From assembly GCA_017524445.1 (NCBI GenBank), contig JAFXVP010000009.1, forward strand, positions 28,702-92,701: a stretch of 64,000 bases of DNA. Direction: 5' to 3'. Source of the DNA: Clostridia bacterium (GTDB lineage: Bacteria > Bacillota > Clostridia > Christensenellales > CAG-138). Positions within the stretch are counted from its first letter, which is position 1, and each line of letters opens with the position of its first letter. Below the pieces are notes generated by a model, which worked only from the letters and a program-made list of their open reading frames with translations, did no database searches and had not been told where the DNA came from. The translations under genes and the position numbers were made by a program. Positions 34,565 through 43,482 of this stretch are shown piece by piece.

Positions 34565-37500
34565 TCGTCCTCACCTCCTTTTTTGAGAAGGTCGTCGAGC
34601 TTCAGCTTCGGCACGCCACGTCTTTTACAGCCGAGCTGCGGATCGAAGCGGCACACCGCGCCGAAGGGACACCACGTACAGGCGTCCTGCGTGGGATAGA
34701 CGTTCGCCTCGCCGGAAAGAATGCGCTCCGCGTTTGTCGTCGCGGTTTTGATCGCCATGTTTTTCAGCGATTCCAGCTGCTCGCGCGTCACGAGATCGCC
34801 CGAATAGCCGTCCTTTTTGACCGCGAGCTTTTGGATCAGCGCGGATTTTTTGTACAGATGCGCGTCGCTTGCGAAAATCGCCTGCTCGTCGTTTGCCGTC
34901 ACGCCGGACAGCGGATTCATCGGCGTCTCGTCCTGCGATTCGGGCGGGTCGGCGGACAGCGGCATATAGTACATGCCGACGGCTTCGCCGCCTAAGCTTT
35001 TTGCGACCTCGAGATACAGCGGAAGCTGGATCGTTTCGCCGCTCGAAAACTTGGATGGATCAAAGGTATGGTTCCTGCCGGTCTTATAGTCCACGATGCG
35101 GAACATCGTGCCGTCCGGCGTTTTGTCGATGCGGTCAATCTTGCCGCTGACCGGGATTTTCGTGCCGTCGGAAAGCACGAGCGACACCGGCGAAAGTTCG
35201 CCGTTTTTGCCGAAGCCCGCCTCGGTCGCGGCGACCGTGAAGCCGCCCTCGCGGATCTGCCGCAGCACGGAATATACGCACCAACGGATCATGCGCTCGC
35301 GCACGAAAAGCGCCTCCCTTAATCGCGCGTTGCGCTCGAAGATGCCGTCGTTATGCTCCTTCTTGAGCGGTTCCAGAACGCGGTCGAGGATCTCGTCCGC
35401 CTCGTCGTTCGTCATGGTGCGGAGGTCTCTGCCCTCCGCTTGTGCGGTTTTCACGAACTGATCCAAAGCGTCGTGCAGGAACGTGCCGACGTTGTCCGCG
35501 CGCTCGGTCGCCTCCTTGCGCTCCTCCGCGCCGAGCCCGTAGCGGAGATACTGCGCAAACGGACAGCGGGCGAACAGTTCCAATCGGCTTGCGCTCATCA
35601 TCGGCGCTTCGCCGTAGAGCTTTTTCGCGAGCGTCTTTCCGAGCTGCGTTTCCGCCTTCGTACCGGCGCGCGCGTCGACAAGCGCTTCGGTCGCGTCCGC
35701 GTACGCGGGTTCGTTTGCAAAATGTTCCAGAAGGCCCGGCAGCCACGTCCGGATATGCCCGTCGGCATTATAGTCGCGCAAAAGCTCGGACAGCGTTTCA
35801 AAGCCGACCGCTTCGGAAGCGGGCAGCACGTCGCCGCGCTTTAAAATCACCTGCGTTTTTTCGTGCGGGAACAGCGCTTCGACCGTTTTCAGGATCGGCG
35901 AAGGCACGAGCTCGCCCGACGCGCCGGCGCACGGGTATGAGAAGAAGACGCGCTCCGTCGCCTTTGTGAGGAGCGTATAGAGCTGCAGGCGGTCGGCTTC
36001 GGACAAAAGCTCCGTTTTGCCCCAGACGGACAGCCCGCAGGTGTTCATACGGTCAAGCTCCGCATCGTTTATCAGCGCATCGTCGCTTCTTGCCGGCGGG
36101 AACACGCCCTCGGTGCAGCCGAGCAAAAACAGCACCCTGCTGCGGTTCAGACGCGTGCGGACGAGGTCGCCGAGCACGACCTGATCCGATTTTCCGGGCA
36201 GCACGCCGATCTGATAGCTCGAAAGTCCCTCCTCGAGCAGCGCGCAGAATTCCTTCTGTCCCATCGGCACGTCGCCCATGATCGCGTCGATCTGCTGCAG
36301 CAGCGTCATCAGCGTGTTCCACATCTGCGCGTAGGTCTGCGCATCCTGCGATTCGCCCGCATCCTGCAGCGCGTCCGCTTCGGCTTCGAGCTGTTCACGG
36401 AGTCCCGTTTCTTTGAGATACGCATATACGCCGCGCACCTTGCCGCCCGCCGTTTTGTCGGACAGCGATTCCTTGAGCGCAAGGAGCTTCGGCACGATCG
36501 CGGCGCGGGTTTTTTCCGCCTCCTCCGGCACTTCGCCGATCGTAAGGGGATTCAGAAGCGCGCTGCCGTACAGCCCATAGCGCAGAAGATAATTTTCGAG
36601 GATCTCGGTATCGAACGCGGAAACGCCCGCGTACCCGCTTTTCAGCACGTGCAGAAAATCGTTGACGTTCATCGAATCGACCGCCGCGCGGACCGAGGAC
36701 AGGACAAAATCGGTCGCCGCGTGTCCGAGGATCGGGCGCGACGCGTCGAAAAACAGCGGAATATTGCGAAGGCGGCATGCGCGACGCAAAAGCGGCGCGT
36801 ACGTTTCGAGCGAGGACACGACGATCGCGATCTCCGAATAGCGGAGCGTCTCGTCCGCGCGGACGAGCTCGAGGATGCGGTCCGCGACCATGTCCGCCTC
36901 CATCGTCTGCGTCGCGTAACCGGTCACGCGGACCGCGTTGTTCTCGCCTTCGTACGGCTTCGGCTCGGGCGCGAACAGCCCGTTTGAAAGATGGTTCAGC
37001 GCGGGATCGACCTTTGCGCTTTGTGTTTCGAACGCGCGCACGGAAAACGGAATGCTCCGCTCGGCGCAAAACGCCGCAAGCGCCGCCGCACGCTCCTCCT
37101 CCGGCTTGAACAGTGCCGTAAGCGCGGGATCGTCTTCGGCGCGGAGCGTGACCGTGACGCGCTTTGCGTGCAGAATGATGCCCTTCAATAGCCGCATGAC
37201 CTGCTCGCGCGTGCGGTCGAGATCGTCGACGTATACGTACGTGTCGGAAAGGTCCGCGCCGTCCAGCGCCGTCAGCGCTTCCGAAAGAAGGTCCTGCGCG
37301 GTAAGCCAGCGCGACGCAAGGAATTCCTCGCTGTCGCGGTAGATCAGAAGCATGTCGGAAAGCTTGCGGAAAAGCAGCGATCCGGGATCGAGCGATTTGA
37401 TCGCGCTTTCGAGATCGTCCGGCGTGATGCAGCTCTGCTTCAGCCGTCCGATCCACTCATCCATCGTTTCGGCAAAACCCGGCGCCTGCGACACGCGCGA

Positions 37501-37815
37501 AAAGACGGTGAGCCTGTTCCGCACGCGGTACGCCGCGCGGCGCAGCACCATATGCCGCCCCTCGACCGAAAGGAACGGCCGCGTGCGTCCTGCGCGCATC
37601 AGAAGCCGCTCGGAAAAGCGCTCGAAGCTGTAGACCTCGACGCCCAGAAGCCCGCCGAGCGCCTTGCAAAGCTTTCGCTCCGCGGCGTAAGTCGCCTGCT
37701 CGGGCACGAGCAGGATCGCGTGTTCGCCGTTCTTTCGGTGTTCGCGGATCTTTTCATACAGCGCGGTGCTCTTTCCGGTATGCGCCCCGCCGCGGAAGAT
37801 GGTCAATGCCGCCAT
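34561..37815 (-). CDS. addB: ATP-dependent helicase/nuclease AddB
   Basis: N-terminal GGAHTGKST, C-terminal nuclease with Fe-S cysteines (..FARCPF.. and CTWCPFGAVC). Paired with addA. Confidence 0.9.
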   Translation of the reverse strand: MAALTIFRGGAHTGKSTALYEKIREHRKNGEHAILLVPEQATYAAERKLCKALGGLLGVEVYSFERFSERLLMRAGRTRPFLSVEGRHMVLRRAAYRVRNRLTVFSRVSQAPGFAETMDEWIGRLKQSCITPDDLESAIKSLDPGSLLFRKLSDMLLIYRDSEEFLASRWLTAQDLLSEALTALDGADLSDTYVYVDDLDRTREQVMRLLKGIILHAKRVTVTLRAEDDPALTALFKPEEERAAALAAFCAERSIPFSVRAFETQSAKVDPALNHLSNGLFAPEPKPYEGENNAVRVTGYATQTMEADMVADRILELVRADETLRYSEIAIVVSSLETYAPLLRRACRLRNIPLFFDASRPILGHAATDFVLSSVRAAVDSMNVNDFLHVLKSGYAGVSAFDTEILENYLLRYGLYGSALLNPLTIGEVPEEAEKTRAAIVPKLLALKESLSDKTAGGKVRGVYAYLKETGLREQLEAEADALQDAGESQDAQTYAQMWNTLMTLLQQIDAIMGDVPMGQKEFCALLEEGLSSYQIGVLPGKSDQVVLGDLVRTRLNRSRVLFLLGCTEGVFPPARSDDALINDAELDRMNTCGLSVWGKTELLSEADRLQLYTLLTKATERVFFSYPCAGASGELVPSPILKTVEALFPHEKTQVILKRGDVLPASEAVGFETLSELLRDYNADGHIRTWLPGLLEHFANEPAYADATEALVDARAGTKAETQLGKTLAKKLYGEAPMMSASRLELFARCPFAQYLRYGLGAEERKEATERADNVGTFLHDALDQFVKTAQAEGRDLRTMTNDEADEILDRVLEPLKKEHNDGIFERNARLREALFVRERMIRWCVYSVLRQIREGGFTVAATEAGFGKNGELSPVSLVLSDGTKIPVSGKIDRIDKTPDGTMFRIVDYKTGRNHTFDPSKFSSGETIQLPLYLEVAKSLGGEAVGMYYMPLSADPPESQDETPMNPLSGVTANDEQAIFASDAHLYKKSALIQKLAVKKDGYSGDLVTREQLESLKNMAIKTATTNAERILSGEANVYPTQDACTWCPFGAVCRFDPQLGCKRRGVPKLKLDDLLKKGGEDE

Positions 37816-37837
37816 AAAGCCTCCGATATAATCAATA

Positions 37838-37870
37838 CAGAATGTAACATGCAGAATGCAGAGTTGCGGT
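37838..37870 (-). repeat. Partial TGCATTC-heptamer repeat directly upstream of the addB SD
   Basis: Minus strand CTGCATTCTGCATGTTACATTCTGTATTG, then TATATCGGAGGCTTTATG (addB start). Confidence 0.7.
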
Positions 37871-37914
37871 CGGGCTGTAAAGAAAGAATTTTTGTCAAGA
37901 CCGTTGATCGTGAT

Positions 37915-38060
37915 TTGAGGCTTCCCCTCGAGGGGAAGCTGTCACCGTCAGGTGACTGATGAGGTGTATATGGCTCTGTCATCAATTCGTGTACCGGGAG
38001 CAATTCACCCACCTCATCCGCCTAACGGCACCTTCTCCTCAAGGAGAAGACTTTTGGCCG
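37915..38060. repeat. Mosaic GC-hairpin repeat (GGGGAAG hairpin, GTCACC hairpin, GATGAGGTG/CACCTCATC, CTTCTCC hairpin)
   Basis: Hairpins at 37920-37939, 37941-37956 and 38032-38049. GATGAGGTG at 37958-37966 and CACCTCATC at 38010-38018. Confidence 0.8.
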
Positions 38061-38107
38061 CACATTCTGACTTTCTTAACAACCGCTTCGTTATCCTTTA
38101 TTCTTTG

Positions 38108-38629
38108 CTAAAACACTTCCGTGTGTACCGGCGTATAGACCATACGCCCGTTCTCGTTGGTGCTCTCAAAGAGCACGATCGAGCGCACGGGAAACGCCGC
38201 GTTCGGAACGCGGATGTTGCTGAGATCGCCGTGCTCGACCGCGCGGGCAAGCGTGATGTGCGGCGTAAAGCGCACCTTGCCGCCCGCAAAGCCGTATTCG
38301 AAAAGCGCGGCTTCAAGCGTTTCGTGGATGCGAAAGAGCTCGTCGAGATCGCCGGTCACGGAAAGGAAGCTCGTCCGCGCGCCGCCGTGCGTGAACGAAC
38401 CGAGCGTGCCGAGCCGCAGCGTGAACGGACGCGCGTCCTTCACCGCCTCGTGCATGGCGGCGGCGATGTCGGCAAGCCGGTTGCTTTCGCCCAAAAACCG
38501 GAGCGTAACGTGGAAATTGCCCGCCGGGACGAATCTGCCCGCGGTGCTCGCAGCCCGCAGACCCTCTTCGGCGACGTATACGGCGCGCTGCACGTCCTTC
38601 GGCAGCGGCACGGCGATAAATAAGCGCAT
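38108..38629 (-). CDS. thpR: RNA 2',3'-cyclic phosphodiesterase (2H family, ThpR/LigT)
   Basis: Two HxT motifs (FHVTLRFLG and PHITLAR); 173 aa. Confidence 0.85.
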   Translation of the reverse strand: MRLFIAVPLPKDVQRAVYVAEEGLRAASTAGRFVPAGNFHVTLRFLGESNRLADIAAAMHEAVKDARPFTLRLGTLGSFTHGGARTSFLSVTGDLDELFRIHETLEAALFEYGFAGGKVRFTPHITLARAVEHGDLSNIRVPNAAFPVRSIVLFESTNENGRMVYTPVHTEVF

Positions 38630-38740
38630 GAGATCGGCTCCTTTCGGATCATTGCCTACATTATACGATTTTTTCGCGCGTTTGTATAGCTTTCTCTTTC
38701 CTATTTCCGAAATGTTTGCTATAATATAATTGGAGTAAGA

Positions 38741-38990
38741 TAGGATGACACCTCATCCGTCAGCATATGCTGACACCTTCCCCGCAAGGGGAAGGCTCCT
38801 GCAGAAGCGCCGAAGGCGCGCAACCCGCAAAAAGTTGGTAGCGACGGTTTTTCGTCGCGAGGGCGTTCACAACCAAGCAGAAAAACCGAGCGTGACTTTT
38901 TGCGGAAAGGAGGAACGGCGAGGCAGGCGAGCGGCAGCTTTGATGCAAAGCAGATAAAGCTGCCGTGAACGAAGCCGAGCCCGCGACGAC
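38741..38990. repeat. Mosaic GC-hairpin repeat region
   Basis: CACCTCATC at 38749-38757. Hairpins at 38760-38773 and 38776-38795 (CCTTCCCC/GGGGAAGG), plus GCGCC-GAA-GGCGC, GCGACG-GTTTTT-CGTCGC and CGGCAGCTTT..AAAGCTGCCG. Confidence 0.8.
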
Positions 38991-39839
38991 GTGGAAACAA
39001 AGTTCAACGAAGACCTGCAACCGAAGAAAAGACGACTGTTCCGGCCGGGATGGCAGGAGAAGCTTCCGATCAAGCCGATCCTCGTCGCGACCGTCGTCGT
39101 GCTGCTTCTGACCGTGCTGATGCTGATCAACCGCCCGACCGCGACCGTGCTTTCAAGCCCGGAGCTGGACGTGATCCGAAGCGCCGGCGTGCTGCGCGTC
39201 GGCGTGGATACCGATCTGGAGGGCATGTACAAGAACGGCACGGGCTATGAAAAAGCCGTCGCTGAGAAGCTTGCGACACTGATCTTCGGGGACACGGAAG
39301 GTCTCACGCTCGTCGAAGTCGACCGCTACACTGCGCCGTGGCGCATGAACGACGGCGAGCTGGATCTTGTCATTATGAGCATGCCGAAGTTTTTGCAGGA
39401 CGGCTATGCGGTCAGCGAGGTCCCGTTCTTCGTCGACCGCTGCGTGATCCTCGCGTATGAATCGTTCGATTCGCTCGCGGGCAAGACGATCGCCGTGCTC
39501 GAAAATACGGCGAGTGAAACGCTGCTGAAGGATTACGTGAAATCGACCGCGCCGTCGCTGACGGTCCACCCGTGCGCGGACTACTACTCTATGCGCGTCA
39601 TGCTTCGCGCGGGCACGGTGGACGGCGCGTGCCTGCCGCGGACCGTCGCGGCGTCGTGGCACGAGTCCCGCACGCGGATCCTGTCGTTCGATATCGGCGC
39701 GCTGCCGTATTATGCGATCGCGAAAAAGGACTCCGTCCTGCTCCACCTCTGCTCTGAGGTCTTTTACGACTGGCGGCTTGACGGGACGTTCAAAGAATGG
39801 GGACGCGAATTCGGCGTCGAATGGGGCGCGAACGGTTGA
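38991..39839 (+). CDS. Membrane-anchored solute-binding protein family 3-like protein (start uncertain, GTG)
   Basis: N-terminal TM ILVATVVVLLLTVLMLI, then VLRVGVDTDLEGM...DLVIMSM...TIAVLENTASE, typical of SBP_bac_3. No SD seen at the GTG at 38991. Confidence 0.6.
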   Translation: METKFNEDLQPKKRRLFRPGWQEKLPIKPILVATVVVLLLTVLMLINRPTATVLSSPELDVIRSAGVLRVGVDTDLEGMYKNGTGYEKAVAEKLATLIFGDTEGLTLVEVDRYTAPWRMNDGELDLVIMSMPKFLQDGYAVSEVPFFVDRCVILAYESFDSLAGKTIAVLENTASETLLKDYVKSTAPSLTVHPCADYYSMRVMLRAGTVDGACLPRTVAASWHESRTRILSFDIGALPYYAIAKKDSVLLHLCSEVFYDWRLDGTFKEWGREFGVEWGANG

Positions 39840-39911
39840 CGGAACGGTGAAAATCCGTTAAACTAACAGAATAGTCTCCTTTGCGATTGCAAAGGATCCA
39901 TAAAGGTGATT

Positions 39912-41192
39912 ATGAGTTCAATCTACAGCATTCACGGTATGAAACGGCTGGAAGGTACGGTGACGATCTCCGGCGCGAAAAACGCGGCGGTGGCGATCAT
40001 TCCCGCGGCGGTCCTCGCCGGCGAACCCTGCGTCCTCGAGAACCTTCCGAACATCGCGGACGTGGAAAGCCTGCGCGACATTCTGCGCGGGCTCGGCGCG
40101 AATGTCGACATGACCGAGGGCGGCTGCATGCGCATCGACCCGTCCTCGATCAACACGCGCGACGCGACGAGCGAGCAGGTCAGCTCCATGCGCGCGTCAT
40201 ACTACCTTTTGGGCGCAATGCTCGGCGCGTACGGCGAGATCGAGCTGGCGCTGCCCGGCGGCTGCGTGATCGGACCGCGTCCCATCGACCAGCACATCAA
40301 GGGCATGCGCGCGCTCGGCGCGAAGATCTACATGGACGAGAGCCGCAACGTCATCCGTGCGCAGGCGACGAAGCTCAAGGGCGCGGAGATCTTCTTCGAC
40401 GTCGTTTCCGTCGGCGCGACGATCAACGTGATGCTCGCCGCGACGAAGGCCGAGGGCACGACGGTGCTTCAAAACGTCGCGAAGGAACCGCACGTCGTCG
40501 ACGTGGCAAACTTTTTGAACATGATGGGCGCGTCGGTCCGCGGCGCGGGCACCGACGTGATCCGTATTCAGGGACGCAGGAAACTTCACGGCTGCTCGTA
40601 CTCCATCATTCCGGATCAGATCGAGACCGGGACCTACATGATCGCGGCGGCGGCGACGCGCGGCGACGTGGTCATCAAGAACGTGATCCCGACGCATATG
40701 GAAGCGATCTCGGCGAAGCTCATGGAAAGCGGCGCGCGCGTGATCGAGGGCGACGACGGACGCGACTTTTATCTGCGCGTGACGATGAACGACCGCCCGC
40801 GCGCGGTCAGCTTCCGCACGGCGGTCTACCCCGGCTTCCCGACCGACCTGCAGCAGCCGATGATGGCGTATCTCACAACCGCCGCCGGTACAAGCGTCAT
40901 CACGGAGAACATCTTTGAAAAGCGCTTCAACCACGTCAAGGAGCTTCGGAAGCTCGGCGCGAGCATCAACCTCGCCAAGCGCGTCGCGCGCGTCAAGGGC
41001 GTGGAAGCGCTTCGCGGCGCGGACATCACGGCAAGCGACCTGCGGGCAGGCGCGGCGCTGATCGTCGCGGGGCTCATGGCGGGCGGCGAAACGCGCGTGC
41101 ACCGCATCGACTACATCGACCGCGGCTACGAATACCTCGATTCGAAGTTCCGTGCGATCGGCGCGGACATCCTGCGCGTCGACGAGGAATGA
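39912..41192 (+). CDS. murA: UDP-N-acetylglucosamine 1-carboxyvinyltransferase
   Basis: GTVTISGAKNAAVAIIPAAVL and LPGGCVIGPRPID (catalytic Cys) motifs. ATG at 39912 after AAAGGTG. Confidence 0.95.
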   Translation: MSSIYSIHGMKRLEGTVTISGAKNAAVAIIPAAVLAGEPCVLENLPNIADVESLRDILRGLGANVDMTEGGCMRIDPSSINTRDATSEQVSSMRASYYLLGAMLGAYGEIELALPGGCVIGPRPIDQHIKGMRALGAKIYMDESRNVIRAQATKLKGAEIFFDVVSVGATINVMLAATKAEGTTVLQNVAKEPHVVDVANFLNMMGASVRGAGTDVIRIQGRRKLHGCSYSIIPDQIETGTYMIAAAATRGDVVIKNVIPTHMEAISAKLMESGARVIEGDDGRDFYLRVTMNDRPRAVSFRTAVYPGFPTDLQQPMMAYLTTAAGTSVITENIFEKRFNHVKELRKLGASINLAKRVARVKGVEALRGADITASDLRAGAALIVAGLMAGGETRVHRIDYIDRGYEYLDSKFRAIGADILRVDEE

Positions 41193-41204
41193 CGGAGGTT
41201 ACTG

Positions 41205-41290
41205 TCTTTCGGGATCCTTCGCATTCGCTTTGCTTCATGCGCAGGACGACAAGCTGCGTGTCATTCTGAGGCGAAGCCGAAGAATCTTAT
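41205..41290 (-). repeat. Solo copy of the GIY-YIG-associated repeat (GTCATTCTGAGG..CGAAGAATC)
   Basis: GTCATTCTGAGGCGAAGCCGAAGAATC at 41260-41286 is the reverse complement of the GATTCTTCG..CCTCAGAATGAC units at 49107-49140 and 49609-49641. Confidence 0.75.
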
Positions 41291-41323
41291 GAAACGACCT
41301 CAAACAACAGTTAGGAGAAACCT

Positions 41324-42187
41324 ATGTATCTTGCTTCCGGCTGGAAAGACTACGCGATCTTAGACGCGGGCAGCGGCGACAAGTTCGAGCGCTGGGGAAC
41401 CGTGACGCTTCTTCGTCCCGATCCGCAGGCGGTCTGGACGATGGACGCGCGCGCGTACGAACGCGCCGACGCCGTCTACCACCGCAGCAGCTCCGGCGGC
41501 GGGCACTGGGAGTACAAGCGCGAGCTGCCCGAGCAATGGACGATCTCCTACCGCGATCTCCGCTTCATCGTGCGTCCGACCGGCTTCAAGCACACGGGGC
41601 TGTTCCCCGAGCAGGCGGTCAACTGGGACTGGATGCGCGAACGGATCACGGAATTTCAGAAGCGCACCGGACGCGCCGCAAAGGTACTGAACCTCTTTGC
41701 GTACACCGGCGGAGCGACCTGCGCCTGCGCAAAGGCCGGCGCGGAGGTCGTGCACGTGGACGCGGCAAAGGGCATGGTCGCCTGGGCAAAGGACAACGCC
41801 GCGGCGTCGGGGCTTTCGGAAGCCCCCATCCGCTACATCGTCGACGACTGCGTGAAGTTTGTGAAGCGCGAGATCCGGCGCGGCAATCATTACGACGGCA
41901 TTCTGATGGACCCGCCGAGCTACGGCAGAGGACCCACCGGCGAGATGTGGAAGATCGAAAACGATCTTTACCCGCTCGTCGAACTCTGCGCGGAGCTTTT
42001 GAGTGTCGATCCCTGCTTCTTTCTCATCAATTCCTACACGACCGGTCTTGCGCCGACCGTGCTCAGCAATGTATTGAAACTTGCCGTCAAAGGCGGAACC
42101 GCCGAAGCCGACGAGATCGGGCTGCCGATCGCGCGCGGCGGACTGATTCTGCCCTGCGGCGCGAGCGGACGGTGGATGAACGCATGA
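41324..42187 (+). CDS. Class I SAM-dependent (rRNA-type, RlmI/YccW-like) methyltransferase
   Basis: VLNLFAYTGGATCA SAM-binding motif and DPPSYGRGP catalytic motif; 287 aa. Confidence 0.75.
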   Translation: MYLASGWKDYAILDAGSGDKFERWGTVTLLRPDPQAVWTMDARAYERADAVYHRSSSGGGHWEYKRELPEQWTISYRDLRFIVRPTGFKHTGLFPEQAVNWDWMRERITEFQKRTGRAAKVLNLFAYTGGATCACAKAGAEVVHVDAAKGMVAWAKDNAAASGLSEAPIRYIVDDCVKFVKREIRRGNHYDGILMDPPSYGRGPTGEMWKIENDLYPLVELCAELLSVDPCFFLINSYTTGLAPTVLSNVLKLAVKGGTAEADEIGLPIARGGLILPCGASGRWMNA

Positions 42188-43482
42188 ACGCGCCGCATAT
42201 TTTATTTGAAGACAACCACCTGCTGGTCGTGGAAAAGCCCGAAAACCTGCCCGTACAGGCGGACGCCTCGGGCGACGCGGACCTGCTTTCCATCTGCAAG
42301 GCGTACATCAAAGAGACCTACCATAAGCCCGGCGAAGCGTACCTCGGGCTCGTGCACCGGCTCGACCGTCCGGTCGGCGGCGTCATGGTCTTCGGCAAAA
42401 CGAGTAAGGCGGCGGACCGGCTCACCGCGCAGTTTAAGGACCGCACCGCGCATAAGCGCTACGTCGCGATCGTCGAGGGAAATGCGCCCGCGTCCGCGGA
42501 GTGCGTCGACTGGCTTTTGAAGGACGAACGCACGAACATGACGCGCGTCGTGCCCGAGGGCACCGACGGCGCGAAAAAGGCGATCCTGCGCTGCCGCACG
42601 CTTGCGCGGGAAAACGGCACGTCGCTTCTTGACGTGGAGCTTCTGACCGGCCGCCCGCACCAGATCCGCGTGCAGTTAAGCAGCAGAGGGCTTCCGATCG
42701 TCGGCGACATGCGCTACAACCCAAACGCAAAGCCCGGCACGCAGATCCGGCTGCACGCGTACACGCTCACGGTGCAGCATCCGACGCTCAAAGAGCCGAT
42801 GACCTTCTGGTCGATCCCTGCGTGGCGCGAATATCCCGCGGCGCTGAAGGTGCTGCCCGCGCATGAGGTGTGCAGCGGCGTGTATTTCGACGACGAGCTC
42901 CTTGTCGTGGACAAGCACGCGGGCGCGGAAGTCGAGGGCGAGCTTTTGGGCGAGCTTTCCGCGATCTTCGATCCGCTCTTCCCCGTCCACCGGCTCGACG
43001 CGAACACCGAGGGGCTGGTCGTCTTTGCCCGCACGGAAGACATGCGCGACCGGCTTCTGGACGCGTTCTATGCGCACGAGACGCAGAAGATCTATCACGC
43101 GGTCGTGCTCGGCCGCCCGAAGGACGGCAGTTACGTGCACTTTGCGAAAAAGGACGCGGACGCGGCATACATGCGGCTTTGCCGCGAGAACGACCCGGAC
43201 GCATTGCGCATGGAGCTTGCCCTGCGCGTGCTCGAAACGCGGCGCGATCTTTCGCTTGTCGAGATCCGGCTTATGACCGGGCGCACGCACCAGATCCGCG
43301 TGCAGACGGCGGCGATCGGCTGTCCGGTCTTAGGCGACGACAAGTACGGCGACCGCGACGCGAACAAACGATACAGGAAACGCCGTCAATGCCTTCTTGC
43401 AAAGCGGCTGACGGTTCTCAATAAGACCTTTGAAAGTACCAAAGAACTGAATCTGAACGAATTTAGGGAGGAAAAACGATGA
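42184..43482 (+). CDS. Tandem-domain RluA-family pseudouridine synthase (two catalytic modules fused)
   Basis: Start MNAPHILFEDNHLLVVEKP at 42184 (ATGA overlap). First module HRLDRPVGG..GRPHQIRVQ; second module HRLDANTEG..GRTHQIRVQ. Confidence 0.8.
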   Translation: MNAPHILFEDNHLLVVEKPENLPVQADASGDADLLSICKAYIKETYHKPGEAYLGLVHRLDRPVGGVMVFGKTSKAADRLTAQFKDRTAHKRYVAIVEGNAPASAECVDWLLKDERTNMTRVVPEGTDGAKKAILRCRTLARENGTSLLDVELLTGRPHQIRVQLSSRGLPIVGDMRYNPNAKPGTQIRLHAYTLTVQHPTLKEPMTFWSIPAWREYPAALKVLPAHEVCSGVYFDDELLVVDKHAGAEVEGELLGELSAIFDPLFPVHRLDANTEGLVVFARTEDMRDRLLDAFYAHETQKIYHAVVLGRPKDGSYVHFAKKDADAAYMRLCRENDPDALRMELALRVLETRRDLSLVEIRLMTGRTHQIRVQTAAIGCPVLGDDKYGDRDANKRYRKRRQCLLAKRLTVLNKTFESTKELNLNEFREEKR

